In this document: piece by piece, positions 26,536-40,261 of the stretch | Position numbering within the stretch: the stretch's first letter is position 1 | How the letters are laid out: every line of letters starts with the position of its first letter | NCBI RefSeq assembly: GCF_006345805.1 | Contig: NC_042997.1 | Coordinates: forward strand, 180,544,001-180,608,000 | DNA: 64,000 bases | Direction: 5' to 3' | DNA from: Octopus sinensis | Taxonomy: Eukaryota | Translations under genes and position numbers: made by a program | Notes under the pieces: generated by a model | The model's database searches: none | The model's input: the letters and a program-made list of their open reading frames with translations, nothing else | Told to the model about the DNA's origin: nothing

Positions 26536-26820
26536 CGGTTTTTTTGACTTTTATTAAAATTTTATGTATTGATTAAGTCTTTCCTTGTTTGTTTTGCAAA
26601 TATGGTTTTTGTCTCTAATAATATTATATAATATTTATTATAAAATTGGATTTAATCCTAAATCTGATTTTTCCCTGTAAATTTGGATTTATTCCCTAAT
26701 TTTATTATTATTATATATATATATATATTTAATTAGAGACAAAACCACTATTGCAAATCAAACAAAGCAAGACTTAATCCAATACATAAAAATTTTATAT
26801 AAATTAATAAACTAAATTAG

Positions 26821-26865
26821 CCACTACAATTGTGTCGTGTCTCTTCTAAGGACATTATCAGGTGG
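26821..26865 (-). pseudogene. Core-mutated hammerhead copy in the inverted repeat arm
   Basis: Minus strand reads CCAC-CTGATAA-TGTC..GACA-C-GACAC-aatt-GTA-GTGG (G8A and GAAA to GACA). Confidence 0.6.
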
Positions 26866-26918
26866 TTTTCAGATCTTCTATTCAATTTTAAGTTAAAATT
26901 GAATAGAAGATCTGAAAA

Positions 26919-26964
26919 CCACCTGATGAATCTCCTTAGAAGAGACACGAAACAATTGTAGTGG
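26919..26964 (+). ncRNA. Second hammerhead ribozyme copy with irregular stem II
   Basis: CCAC-CTGATGA-a-TCTC-cttagaa-GAGA-cac-GAAA-C-aatt-G-TA-GTGG. Confidence 0.6.
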
Positions 26965-27164
26965 CTAATTTAATTTTATTTAATTCATATACATTTTTTA
27001 TGTATTGGATTAAGTCTTTCTTTCTTTGATTTGCATAATAGTGGTTTTGTCTCTAATTAATATTATATAATATCTTACTATAAAATTGGATTCAATCCTA
27101 AATCTGATTTTTCCCTGTAAATTTGGATGTATTCCCTAATATTTATTATATATATATAATATAT

Positions 27165-27213
<49 letters not shown>

Positions 27214-27259
27214 ATTATCTCCCCTAATTTCGCTCTTACTTTTCACGTTTGATCTTTGA

Positions 27260-27457
27260 CTTCTGGCCGAAATCAGATCGCCATGTTGGTTCGCTAGCCT
27301 CTGCACGCATTTTTTTTCTCTCCTTGTTTCTTTCTGTGTTTCTTTTCTGTGTATCTTTCTGTTGAAGAGTGTATTCCTGAGCGCCATACTAATACAATTG
27401 TTTGCTTGTATTCCACTTGCCTTCGTCTTTTGTTTATTTTCATAAAGCTTCCCGTTA
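27260..27457 (+). mobile_element. Second copy of the 21146-21363 element, with the ribozyme-like segment deleted
   Basis: ctgttgaagag joins directly to tgtattcctgagcgcc; the rest aligns to the first copy. Confidence 0.75.
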
Positions 27458-29689
27458 TATATATACCTAGCTATATATACATATATATGTTATATGAATA
27501 TATATATATATATAATTACATATTTACATACATATGAGTATGTAAATCTATACACATATGTGTTCGCGTATATATATATATATATATATATTACATGGGT
27601 GAGGGTTTGTATGTGTGTATGTCTACTAAGCGCATTAGCGGTCCTAATGAAACGCGAAACACATCACTCTAAGCTATCTGCTTTCGTGATTTTGTAGACT
27701 TGAAATTACCAGCGAACAACATTTATAAAATTAGAAAATATTATATAGTTAGTGTATCTCATGTAATTAAAATTACAAATTCGGCTACGTTGTGAAAATC
27801 GTGACTATTTTCTATATTACTGATATGAAACGAGTATTTTCAATTGGTCGACTTTACGTCTTATTTCGTTTATTTTTATGTATATGCGTGGACTATTGTA
27901 ATGTCGCAGGAGAGTATGCATGTGTGTAAATACGTTTGTTCGATCGTACGTATTGGTGTATTGTTCAGATTTATGTATGATCGTTTATCTCGAATCAACA
28001 CTGATGCATATCAACCACTGAAAGGAAAATCATCTTCAGATATAAACACCTATATATACATACACGCGCGTGCACACACCCATACATGTATGTATGCATG
28101 TATGTATGTATGTATATATATATATATATATATCAGTATGTATATATATATATTATATATATATATATATCAGTATGTATATGTATACACCTGCATCCGC
28201 AGACGCACATTCTCACACACACATTCATAAGCACGTATATACATATAATTCTTGAGTGTACATTCGAATAATATGGTGTTTAATTGTACGTGTACAATGT
28301 TTGTTGATTTCACCCATGTTGAATTTAAATAACCAGCAATCGACTATTTTCCAATACACTTCATATTAAAATTTTATTCCTGAGTGGATAATTCAAATTA
28401 TACCATTTAATCACTCATTTAATGGTATTTCTTCCACTATTTATTTTTTTTATATTTTTGCTTGTTGATATTAATCACTATTAATTTGAGAGGAATTTAC
28501 ATGCGCACGCAGATATATAAACGCATATACATACATACCTTTATTTATAAATGCAGAGAAAGTCCACTCGAATACATACACATTAATATTATGTTGCCAT
28601 ATGTACCACAACACTCTATCCAGAACTTTTTTTTATTATTTGTTTCATTTGATGAATTGAAAACATTTACAGAATCGTCTTTATAAAGCATGTGGTAATT
28701 GTATTGAGTGTCTAAAGAGATGGCAAACATGTTATTTCAAAACAACTCTTCAGAGATAAACCTGTTTTTCAGGAAATATCATTCCTCTTGAGAATTTCTA
28801 CAAGTTGAAATGGTATTTATTGTCCAGCTTGTTAATAATCTTTTTCATTTAAGTTAAATAATTGGTTTTAAAACAACAACACTAGCTATTTTATATGCAC
28901 ATATGTTACTGTGTATTCCTATTCTCATGTATTCCTACGTTCAATAAAATAAAGCTGTAGATAACTTTATGAAAAACGGAAATTGCACTCAATGCATATT
29001 TATTTCCCTATATAGGAGAATGTCATTATAATCAAATTAGATGGTCAATGTTGTTGAACAGCTAGTAAGCTCATTGCAAATTCTTTATTTTGTTTTTAAC
29101 TCTGTTGAAGCCGATTGTGTTATTTTACATAGCTAAACAACTTGTAAAAAAAACAGCGACTACTGTAACTTATTACTCTCCTTTTGTCTTTCCATCTTCA
29201 GATGGCTAAAATTCACTCTGGCGTGTAAACAGAGATTGCCTAGTTTAAATGGTGAATTAAAAACTTGGTTTATTTCGGAAACGTACAGCTGGTTGGGTCT
29301 ATAGGAAGGCATACAAAAAGTAACTGCATAAAGTGCATTCCCGTGTTATATACTACAACCGAATCTAAGTAAAATCACATCCAATGTGAATGTCTCTTTC
29401 TGCTCCATTCCACTTGCCTGCATATATCTAATGAGGTAGTATACGACCCAACGAAATAAAATAAGAATACAGAAAAGCACAATTCATATTTTCGTTGGAT
29501 ATGGGGCTAATTATATATCTCCACGTGAAGCCTCCTCGTTGCCACAGTACAATGATATGGAATGACATGGGCGTCAATATATTATTGTGAAAGAATCCGT
29601 TAATTTTTTTTTGAACAGCAGTGTAGTTGTCATACAAGGAAACAAGTAGTTATAATTGACTACTAATATTTGCCTTTTTCTCACTGTAG

Positions 29690-30010
29690 ATTATTTCGTT
29701 TTGGGATTTGGTTTGCAAGATTCTTTATGTGATTTCGTGTGTTGAAGCATATTCTATTGTGTCTGGAGAGAGTCATTTTCTTTTTGTGCCTTATAATTTT
29801 TAACACACTCAAAATTCCCACCTACTTCTTATTTCTTATTTTCCTAAACTTTTCGTTGCGTCTTGCAAACTTTTCAAGAGTCAAGACTACTGAAAGGGTT
29901 GCAAGACGCAACGAAAATATTAGGAAAATAAAATAAGAAATAAGTGGAAATTTTACCGGTGAGTGTGTTAAATGATGAGTCACAAAAAGAAAATGACACT
30001 CCCCAGATAC
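29690..30010. mobile_element. Foldback MITE-like repeat
   Basis: About 120 bp imperfect inverted arms at 29759-29876 and 29891-30010; related deleted copy at 34562-34690. Confidence 0.7.
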
Positions 30011-31639
30011 TGTAGATTAGTTTCATTGGAACTGAAAAAAAATTATTTGACATAGAAATATATCTTCGCCGAACTCCAGCTAGGATCGGTGACTTGTAAC
30101 TACAGTATTAATATATTGCTGTTTCATTAAAGCTATAGTCGGTTTACGCTGGTATAGTGTGAGCTAGATGTAAATCTTGAAGAGATGTAAATCTAAATCA
30201 TGACAAGGTCAATTACTTTGTCAACTTCAACTGTAAAATCGTTTTATTATATAATTAATTTTAACCATAATTGAATAGTACCTCAATTTTTGATTATGTA
30301 TGTTAGTTTTATGAGGCTTGTTACAATTAAATTTCAGTCATTGATGGTTTTTCCTCTTAACCAATCAAGAGATATATTTATATTAATTCAAAACCAATAG
30401 ACTATTTGCCATAAAATACAATGCTTAAAAACGATGTATGAATAAACCATTTAAAGAAAGCATCTCTTCAGAACAGGCATATAATTATACGTTTCAAAGC
30501 GTTTTAGATTATTCAATTTCTTCAGTAATTTCATGAATGCTTTTTAAAAGGTCTCCTGCAATATCATTTGATTTATTGTCGCATTGTGGCAACAGCTTTT
30601 GGCCTGAAACACTTAGAAGAATATATATATAATTTATATATACACTAGCTGACGTACTCGGTATTTCCCGGGAAAGCGGGACTTATCCCTTGGTTCCGTT
30701 CTCATAATTGTTTCGCTAATCGAATAACAACAATACAAAGTATGTAGCCCCGAAAAGGGCTTTACTGCATTCCCAGAGTATATAGAACTTAGGAGGAAAT
30801 ACTTATAAGGTATGTATATTAAAACCGTGAAGCATGTTACGTAATAACAGGCTAATCAGATCTGAGATAATAACAGTTCAAACTCTGAGAAAGCCTTTTG
30901 TGCGTTCTCAAAGAATATTACCCTCAGTGGTGCTAGTGTTGGTATATTCGTGAATAAGTCACTAACCGAAATAAGTGGATCTATTGTTTAGGAAAATACT
31001 ATTTACTTATTTAAGGATTGTACTGGATAGATTGCGAAAATAGCTCTAACAGTTCAAATACTAAGAAACAGGCATATTCAGTTTGATTTATACCAAATAA
31101 ATTTTTAAAATTGAATGGGTTATTTCCTTAAGCTGTTAAAATTTGGACGAATCGGTTATTTCCCTTATTGATGAGGTTGTTTTGAATCTGAAATCTGATT
31201 TTTTGTAAACTTGTTTACTCGACTTCTATTTCATACCAGTTGCTGGGCGAAGTCAGAAGTCTAGTTAGGTCAGACTTTATGTTACTGTTTCGGCAGGTTT
31301 TTTTGTGTATTGTAGTAGGTGGTTACCTAGTAAGTTTACTATCATGTATAGTTCTTGTAATGTATTTTATTTTAGAGTGTTCCAGTTCCATGTTACACGT
31401 TCATAGTTATTCAAATATTTTCGCGGCTGTAGTATTTATTGGACTGGGTCGTAGGAAGAAAAAGGAATATATATACTGGGTTTGTTAAGAAAAGGGGATT
31501 TTAGGACATGTGCTGGACATGTGCTTCTATATTTTCTTTCCCGCCCATCTGTGGGTAGAATATTCAATTTCAAGAACGTGTGTGAAATTTCTTATAGCTT
31601 TTGGAATGTTTATGTAAGCATCTTAAGGTTTGTTTCAGC

Positions 31640-31925
31640 CTGTTATTAATTCATTTGTGTCACGATGTAAAGATTTGGTGCAATTCTTGTGAACGTAACT
31701 CACATCTATATCCCCTTGTTCCGTACTAATTATCTCCCACTTTGTGTTAAAGTTATGAGTCCTATCTTTATGGGACCAGATTAGTCTGCTTAAGCTCGTG
31801 AGTTTCATCTTACACTTATGTCTAAATGAATTTAAATGATTTGCTTGACTTCTTTTGAAATTTAGTGAGCTAGCTCCTATATAGAAGTACGTCCTTCCCT
31901 CAAAAATTATCAGGCATCGGTACAC
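31640..31925 (-). pseudogene. Penelope-like GIY-YIG remnant (same type as 5380-5780)
   Basis: ORF: VYRC..TYFYIGASSLNFKRSQANHLNSFRHK..TSLSRLIWSHKD..KWEIIS. Confidence 0.72.
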
Positions 31926-33644
31926 TAGGTTTATAATATATACATATTACTAATTTACTTTTACATTTATGAACAAAATATTTCTCTTAATTTATCTGCA
32001 ATTTTGGGGATCCAAATTGAATAGTGTAGCTTTTCAAAAGTTAAATATGTGACACAGATGAAATAAAATCTTCTGCAATGAAAGATGCAACTGTATTACT
32101 GAAATAAAATGAAATAAAATCTGAAATGAAAGCTACAACTGTATTACTGATCACATCGGAAGAATGAATTTCCTTCTGCACTCCTGACAAAGTTTGAGCT
32201 GAGTTATGACCAAAGGGGTTTTACCACTACAAATCCCTGCAGTTTTTCACACATTGTATCCAGGAATACATTGTCAAATATACCTTTAATTGTCTTTAAC
32301 TTAGTAGGTTGTGCTTTATAGGGGATGTATTTGTTGTTTCAAGCACAACGATTGATCACTTTAACGTTCGTATTGACTGAGCGATCACCATGGATGTGAT
32401 AATGTAGATAATAAAGTTTATCTTTCGTTACGATTACTTAGATAAAAATGGAGAATTTAGTGATATTATTTCAGGCACGAGTTAACCTACCATTGACATT
32501 TTCCCATCAGGGTATCACAATTATGATATATTTATAATTAAGCAAACTACTGTTGGTTTTCTATCTCAATCTTCGTAACTCTCATGAATAACCTGTACAG
32601 AAAATCATGCTTTTTTCACTCACAGTAAATTACACATCATATACTAGCAAAGGATTGTTTCTTCCAGAAAAGATTTGGAAAGCAAAAAATGTATATAAAT
32701 TTATATATATTTTTTAATTTCCGCACTTTGAATTTTTAATCTTATATATTTTTATTTCTTTTAAAAGAAGCTCTTAGAGAATAACACTTTTTTTTTTTTG
32801 CTAGAATGCCAACAGTATTCTCAGGTTCCATAATAAATTTCACCCTAAGGAAAACTACACTAGATTTAAAACCTACAAGTCCTGCATAAAAAAAGCGTTT
32901 AATTCTACAAGTAGCAAGCATGGTTATTCTCACCATCAACATAATCGTCATCGTCATAATCACGATTCTCACTCACATGAGTATTACCATCACTATCGTC
33001 TGTATAAAAATTAAAGATGCCACTTACCAAAGTTATCGCCTTCCTCGTGAATGTGAAAACAAATTGCACTGCATTTTAAAATATTTTTTATAGGCTGTCA
33101 GGAATTGTGGCAGTAACAATGTTAGCTGTTAAAGAAATTAAGTTCACCTTTCATTTTGAAGAAAAATTTAACAAAATATCTTTTGTGTGATTTTAATCAT
33201 ATTTTTCTCTCTTGAAAAGAATCTACCTAGAAAAATAACAAATATATTTTTAGACTAAAACAATATATTTTTATAGTAAATCAAATGAATCAAAAGCAAA
33301 TACAAATTACTCGTTTTAATTATAGTAGAGTAAACTTATAAAAAAATAGGCTACGATTAAAAGTTATGTCATTTAAACTTTAAAAAAATCCTAAAATAGA
33401 ATGTTTTTCATTGTAAAGAAATATAATGAACGTTTTAAATAATTTGTATTGAACTTCTATGTATAGTTTCTTTTCCAATCGAAATATATAACCTCCCAGT
33501 AAAGTAGGATAACAGGAGATTACGGCAGTCATGCTTATTTGAAGTGCAAAGGAAATGGAACTAGTACACTGTATAAATGAGCTTACAGTAACTTCACTGT
33601 GGTACATAACGTCTGTTAAATGCAAACAAATATTGCATGAATAT

Positions 33645-33800
33645 ATTAACACCGTTGAGTTCACATCCGGCAGAAACCGGCCATACATTTTATCGTTCTG
33701 GAGTCTATAGAATAAGCTTCACATATGTAATGGAGTCGATATAATCTATTATACTCCTCCATTACATGTGAGGTCTCGTGCCTATGTTAGAAACCATTAT
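33645..33800 (+). mobile_element. Old degenerate SINE family C copy
   Basis: gagttcacatccggcagaaacc..tggagtcgatataatc..tcgtgcctatgttagaaaccattat is collinear with family C. Confidence 0.5.
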
Positions 33801-34135
33801 ATTAATGTAGTTAGGATGTTACATTGGCAGAATTTTTAAAGTTACGAATATTTGAAGACTGTACTCATGTTAGAAATCGAAGTATGATTATACTTAACCG
33901 AGACAGTAGAACATTTAATATTATGTTTCTAACTTATATACCTGTTTATTAACAAGTATTACAAAATTAGCGAAAACGCAGGTATTCATTGAAATGAATA
34001 CTTGATATCATCCTCTCTCTCTCTATATATATATATATGTCTGTGCATTTGTGTGTGTGTGTGTATGCGTGCATGAGTGTGTGCGTCTATATATGAGTAA
34101 TTTATATTACATATATATCTATAACATATATACGT

Positions 34136-34299
34136 AGGTGCAGGAGGGGCTGTGAGATAAGAAGCTTGCTTTACAACCTCACAGTTCCAGGTTCAGTCCC
34201 ACTGCGTGTCACCTTGAGCAAGTGTCTTCTACTATAACTTCGGGCCAACCAAAGCCTTCTGAGTGGATATGGAAGGCGGAAACTGAAAGAAGACTATCG

Positions 34300-34387
<88 letters not shown>

Positions 34388-34428
34388 AATACACTAGAAG
34401 ATGACTGAAACAAGTAAAAGAATAAAAG

Positions 34429-34430
<2 letters not shown>
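34136..34430 (+). mobile_element. SINE family A with most of its 3' half deleted
   Basis: 5' half present, then a TA tract joined to gatgactgaaacaagtaaaag. Confidence 0.85.
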
Positions 34431-34504
<74 letters not shown>

Positions 34505-34561
34505 CATACATACATACATACATACATACATACATACATAGATACATACATACATACATGT

Positions 34562-34690
34562 ATTTCGTTTTTGAATTAGGTTTGCAAAGATTCTTTAAGT
34601 GAGTTCGTGTGTTGAAGCATATTCTGTTGTGTCTGGGGAGAGTTATTCTCTTATAGTGCCTTATGATTTTACCGGTGAGTGTGTTAAATT
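34562..34690. mobile_element. Hairpin-deleted derivative of the 29690 foldback repeat
   Basis: gtgccttatgat joins tttaccggtgagtgtgttaaat. Confidence 0.7.
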
Positions 34691-34728
34691 ACACACACAA
34701 CACACACACACACACACACACACACGCG

Positions 34729-34760
<32 letters not shown>

Positions 34761-35074
34761 ATCATAAGTATATAATTATAATTAAGGGCGCTGGAAGGAT
34801 AATGCCAATACGCTAGACGTTGATGTCAAATGACTACAACCTACTCTAAATTCGTTCTCATTGTTGCATAAGGCTGAATGTAAGGAAATCGGCAAGATGA
34901 TTTATAAAATTTCGGACAATTCTATATCTTAAGATTTCGTATTTTTGTAACACAAAGGACTTTAGTCTCTTTAGTAGAAGTATACCGACAATATATATAA
35001 AAGAATAGACATACCGTTATATACTTGCGTACAGATATGAATATATACATACATATCCCACGTATGCATTATAT

Positions 35075-35306
35075 CTATTTCTTTACTTCCCACAAGGGGC
35101 TAAACGCAGAGAGGACAAACAAGGACAGACAAACTGATTAAATCGATTATATCGACCCCAGTGTGTAACTGGTACTTATTTAATCGACCCCGAAAGGATG
35201 AAAGGCAAAGTTGACCTCAGCCGAATTTGAACTCAGAACGTAGCAGCAGATGAAATACCGCTAAGCATTTCGCCCGGCGTGCTAACGTTTCTACCAGTTC
35301 ACCTCC
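35075..35306 (-). mobile_element. SINE family C monomer
   Basis: ctttacttcccacaaggggctaaac...cgaaaggatgaaaggcaaag...gctaagcatttcgcccggcgtgctaac. Confidence 0.88.
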
Positions 35307-35584
35307 TATCTAACCGCACGAACCGTTAAGACGGAGAACCGCTAAGACGGAGACAGAAACACACCAATAACGGTTGTGAAACGGTAATGGGGAACACACA
35401 ATGCTACACACAAACACACACACACATGCACACACACACACACATACATATATATATATAGAGAGAATATAGAATTTAGAGACAAACCGCTATTTAGTTA
35501 TATAATATATTGTGAATTTTGATTTATTGTGCTAAATTGAAATTTTTTGCCTGGTAGCTTGGAGTTATTACATTCCCTAATTAT

Positions 35585-35795
<211 letters not shown>

Positions 35796-35796
35796 G

Positions 35797-36442
35797 TGGA
35801 GAAAGCATGAGTGAAAGAAATCTAAATCGGGGGAGACAAAGAAAAGTATTTACACTCTCTGTTCTAAATCATTTCGGCAATGTAAGTTTTGAAGAAATTC
35901 TGTAACTTATTTAACATTGACCAAATTTCCAAGCATCTTATAAATTAAATCTTCAAAATGATAAGACTTTGAAAATGTAATTGTACGACCAAACCTAGGA
36001 AGTGCAAATTTTAAAATGTAATTGTACTAAGTTAGAGTAAAAAATTAAACTACTGACAAGGTTCGTTACATGAAAATATTGGATAGTGAAAGTTGTTGGT
36101 ATGAACCTTGTACTCAACGAATAATCACTGAGAGTAATTCCTATGAATTTCTGTCTTAAGGAGGATGTGGTAACCAGTTTGCTTCTCAACTAAACGGTTT
36201 TGTGTGCAGTCCTACTGCGTGGTACTCTGCGCATATGTTTTCTACTATAGCCTCATGCCAACCAAAGCATTGTGAGTGATTTTGTAGACGGAAACTGAAA
36301 AAAGCCCGTCGTACGTATATATATATATTGCTGAATTTTTTCAAAGCTCACATTGCCGAAACGATTTAGAACAGAGGCTGTTTCTGTAAATACTTTTCTT
36401 GGTCTCCCTCGATTTAGCTTTCTTTCACTCATGCTTTTTCCA
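35797..36442. mobile_element. MITE with about 110 bp imperfect TIRs containing a degenerate SINE A head (about 36165-36312)
   Basis: tggagaaagcatgagtgaaagaaatctaaatc..cggcaatgtaagttttgaag is mirrored at 36329-36442. Confidence 0.72.
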
Positions 36443-37775
36443 TTTTGGTGGAGTGTGTTGCAGGGTAAATCAACTCAAAAGATTAAGGACAATTACAGTC
36501 CAAACATTTTCCATTCTTCTTTTTAATTTATACAAACTGCTGAATATTCAAGTTTTGGCTAAATTCTTGCGAGTATAATATTATTCGAAATTGGGTTGAT
36601 ACTTAGCCTATGCTGCACATCCGTAGCTTACTCTTTCTTCTCTGCGGAGCTCCTCATTGGTGTCCTATTTCCAGACAGAGTTGATACACATTGGGAATGA
36701 AGAACAACTGAAGCGGGCCACCTCGAATCAGTAGGTCGTCATGGGTTTTTAAATTCACTGAGTTTAATTTCTTTCACTCATCACAATAATATAAATCTAA
36801 TAAAGAACCAAACAGGGTAAATATTAACTCGCTTGTATAGATATTAAAGTTGTCTTTATTAAAGTTGTCTTAGCGTTCTGAATGGTTGGTTTAAAATTTA
36901 TTTTGCAACAAGAGGTATGTGTCTTCCGCTCAAATACGCATCCTAAACTCAACCATAGCAGTGAATGTAACTGCATTCATAACGGAAGGGACCAAGATCT
37001 TGAAATACAGCAAAGTGCTAGTGATATATATTTATTCTTTGCTTGTGACATTCGAGACATCAGGAGACGCCAGTGGCTGACAACATAGTCTTGATCATTA
37101 ATGCTATCTCATTTAATTATTAATTATTATGTATTATTCGTGATGATACATGCTCGTTCCTATTCCTCAAGGCCGATATTGCCTGTGGTAACATTATAAA
37201 TAGCTTGGGTTGCCTTAAAGGACAATAGGAGGTGGGAAAATAACTATTTCTTTTTGAACTGTGAGTGTTAATTTGGTTTTTCGAGTCATTTTCATAGATG
37301 TGGTATTTTACTTTAGAAATAATGAATCTTATTTAATAAACTCATCAAATTTCTAGATAGGTAAATAATCGATCAAAAGAATGCGAAATATATTGTGAGA
37401 AAATTATTGTCGACGGGAGAAAAATTAAAATCGTGATGAAACACCAAAACCTTCAAGTAAATATATGTTCGATGAAATACATGGAACAAAGAACTTTACA
37501 ATAAAAATTGTCGTATATTTAGTTTCACGTAGTGCTTTGTTATTTAAGTTTTTTCTTTTTACTTTTATCTCAAAGGAACTTTCTTCTAAAATATATTTCA
37601 GTTTTCATTTTTATTTTTGATATTGTTGCTGATTTATATCAGGCCGCTTCTAACTGGAAATAAAACTTCAACGCCGTTTCAGCCATAACCTTAAGTTGTT
37701 GTTTTCAGAAACCAGTAGCAATGTATATCCAAAACTAAGTATGATCTCTTCTCTATCCGACAGTTATTTTTACAG

Positions 37776-37829
37776 GATCGGGTATTCTGGTGGCACTAAG
37801 TGAGCACCACAGACGGGCCACCAAAGATC
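37776..37829 (+). other. Candidate 54 bp host exon
   Basis: tttttacag acceptor, GC-richer body open as SGILVALSEHHRRATKD, gtaaat donor; no recognised homology. Confidence 0.25.
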
Positions 37830-38079
37830 GTAAATATACTTCAATTTGATCTTAAATCATTGTGATATTATCTGGCCTTAATTTGATTCTGGATTCTATA
37901 TTATACGCTTAGAAACAAGGAATAAATTAGGTTGAAGTTGTATTATATATAGAAATATCCTGAAATTCAAACCTTCATATTTATAGACACATGAACTAAC
38001 ACAAATAAGCAAACATGCACACACATACACACACATACACACACACACGCTCACACTCACATAGACATACATATATATG

Positions 38080-38481
<402 letters not shown>

Positions 38482-39280
38482 TAAAGTAATCTCATTAAAT
38501 GAATCAAAAGAGAATATGAATTGTTACATTAAGACTCTCCTTCTAAGCATATCAAGTGAACATTGATATTAATCATGTTAATTCATACTGCGAAAATTCG
38601 CAGTTGTACATACCAGGTAAGAAAAATACCTTGAGGACATTTGTTACTAAACCAACCTTCCCTTCGATATAAATTTCACATAATTCCTGTGTCCGTGTGT
38701 ATAGTAACTCCAGTGATGTCACAGACAGCGATGCAGCATAGCAGCATGTCGACATGTTATCTTGTATATTGCAAGAGAAAATTGCTTTTAAGTAATTAGA
38801 GCCGATAGCGCTTTAAGGGAAACTGAAATAAACATGAATGAGTTGCCGAACGAAATAATGCATGAAAAACAAATAAAGGAAAATAGAGAAAAAAGATAAT
38901 GGGGGAAAAAATGGAAATTTAAGGATACATAAGATATATTGTTTTGAATGCCAGCCTTATCTAATCATTATGGTATTTCATTCTCAGTTCTTCTAAATGA
39001 ATATATTTAAATATATATTACTACTGAGAATTTGCATCACATATTTAAGGTACTCGGTAATAATATAAAAGCAGAATATAGAGAATTGAATTGAAGGTTA
39101 TGTGATTTGTAGGACGCAGAGTATTTTATTGTTTGCAAAATGAATGTATGCTTATATGCCTATACGAGTGTGCAAGTGTGTGTACTTCTTTATATAAATA
39201 CATAAATATCTGTATGTATCTAGGCATAAATATATCCTATATATTTAAACATGTAATTAAATGTATGTGTGTGTATATAT

Positions 39281-39377
<97 letters not shown>

Positions 39378-39400
39378 TATATATAATATATATATATATA

Positions 39401-40260
39401 TCCTTAAATCCTTAGAAATGTTTCAGCCCGAAAGCTGCGGCCATGCTGGGGCGCCACCGTTGAATGAGCTACACTAGTATGTGAAACCACCTATGATACG
39501 TGGCACTTGGTCAATAAGGGAGTTCGACGTCGCTGCCCGCATCTGTGTTTCCTGCTGAGGGGTAGGTTCATCTGGAACCCCTGACAAGAAGTGATCCCGT
39601 TTAGTTTTAAAGAAACCCACATCCACACCATGCAGGTCTCTCGGGCATTTAGGAAGGAAATTGAAGAGCTATTGTTCCCTGAAACCCAAGCTGTTGCAGT
39701 ATCTGTTCCTGTATTTTGACGGTGATGTTGGGATCTTTGGCACCATACAGTGGTGCCCCGTTCTGCTGTTGGGGTAACTTTGAATGCCAAAATTCGGGAC
39801 AAGACCCTCCAGGATTTTCCAGATGTATATCACTGTATATCTCTCCCGCCTTCGCTCCAAGGAGAAGTTTTAATACATTCAGTCTTTCCCAGTTACTGAT
39901 ATGTTGCAATGAGACGATCTTCATAGTGTAGCTTCGTTGGGTTGCTTCGAGTTCTGCTGTTAACTTTATATTGTGTGGTGACCATTGTTGGGAGCAGTAG
40001 TTCAAGCGGCTGAGGACAAATGTCCTCCAAAGGACCATCAGTGTCTCCTTCTCTCTTGTTCTGAAAGTTTGGAGGATCCATCCAGCTAGCCGTCTGCATT
40101 TTATTACCAAATTGGCAATATGCACATGGAAAGATGCATCGTTGCTCATATCAATGCTCAGGTTACGCACTGATTTTGACTCAGGAATTGCAATTCCTCC
40201 CGGGCCAGTGTATCCGGTCTGCATGTTCTTCACCTTTGTGTGCCGGTATCTCTGATATGG
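39401..40260 (-). mobile_element. CR1-like LINE 3' fragment with intact 3' end
   Basis: LAGWILQTFRTREKETLMVLWRTFVLSRLNYCSQQWSP, LERRRERY..IWKILEG and SLIDQV; short 3'UTR with a stem-loop and a tttaagga-type tail. Confidence 0.87.
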
Positions 40261-40261
40261 C

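Larger units (their letters stand above)
26440..27150 (+). mobile_element. ORF-less direct/inverted/direct array of a ~230 bp PLE-type terminal repeat (pLTR-like or retrozyme-like)
   Basis: Copy 1 at about 26485-26710 (+), copy 2 at 26730-26891 (-), copy 3 at 26893-27150 (+). Copies 1 and 3 share the tail ctaaatctgatttttccctgtaaatttggat..ttccctaat followed by (TA)n. Confidence 0.75.

Noticed and set aside
30644-30690. Helitron-like start actagctgacgtactcgg
   Set aside because: No matching 3' hairpin/CTAG end identified.
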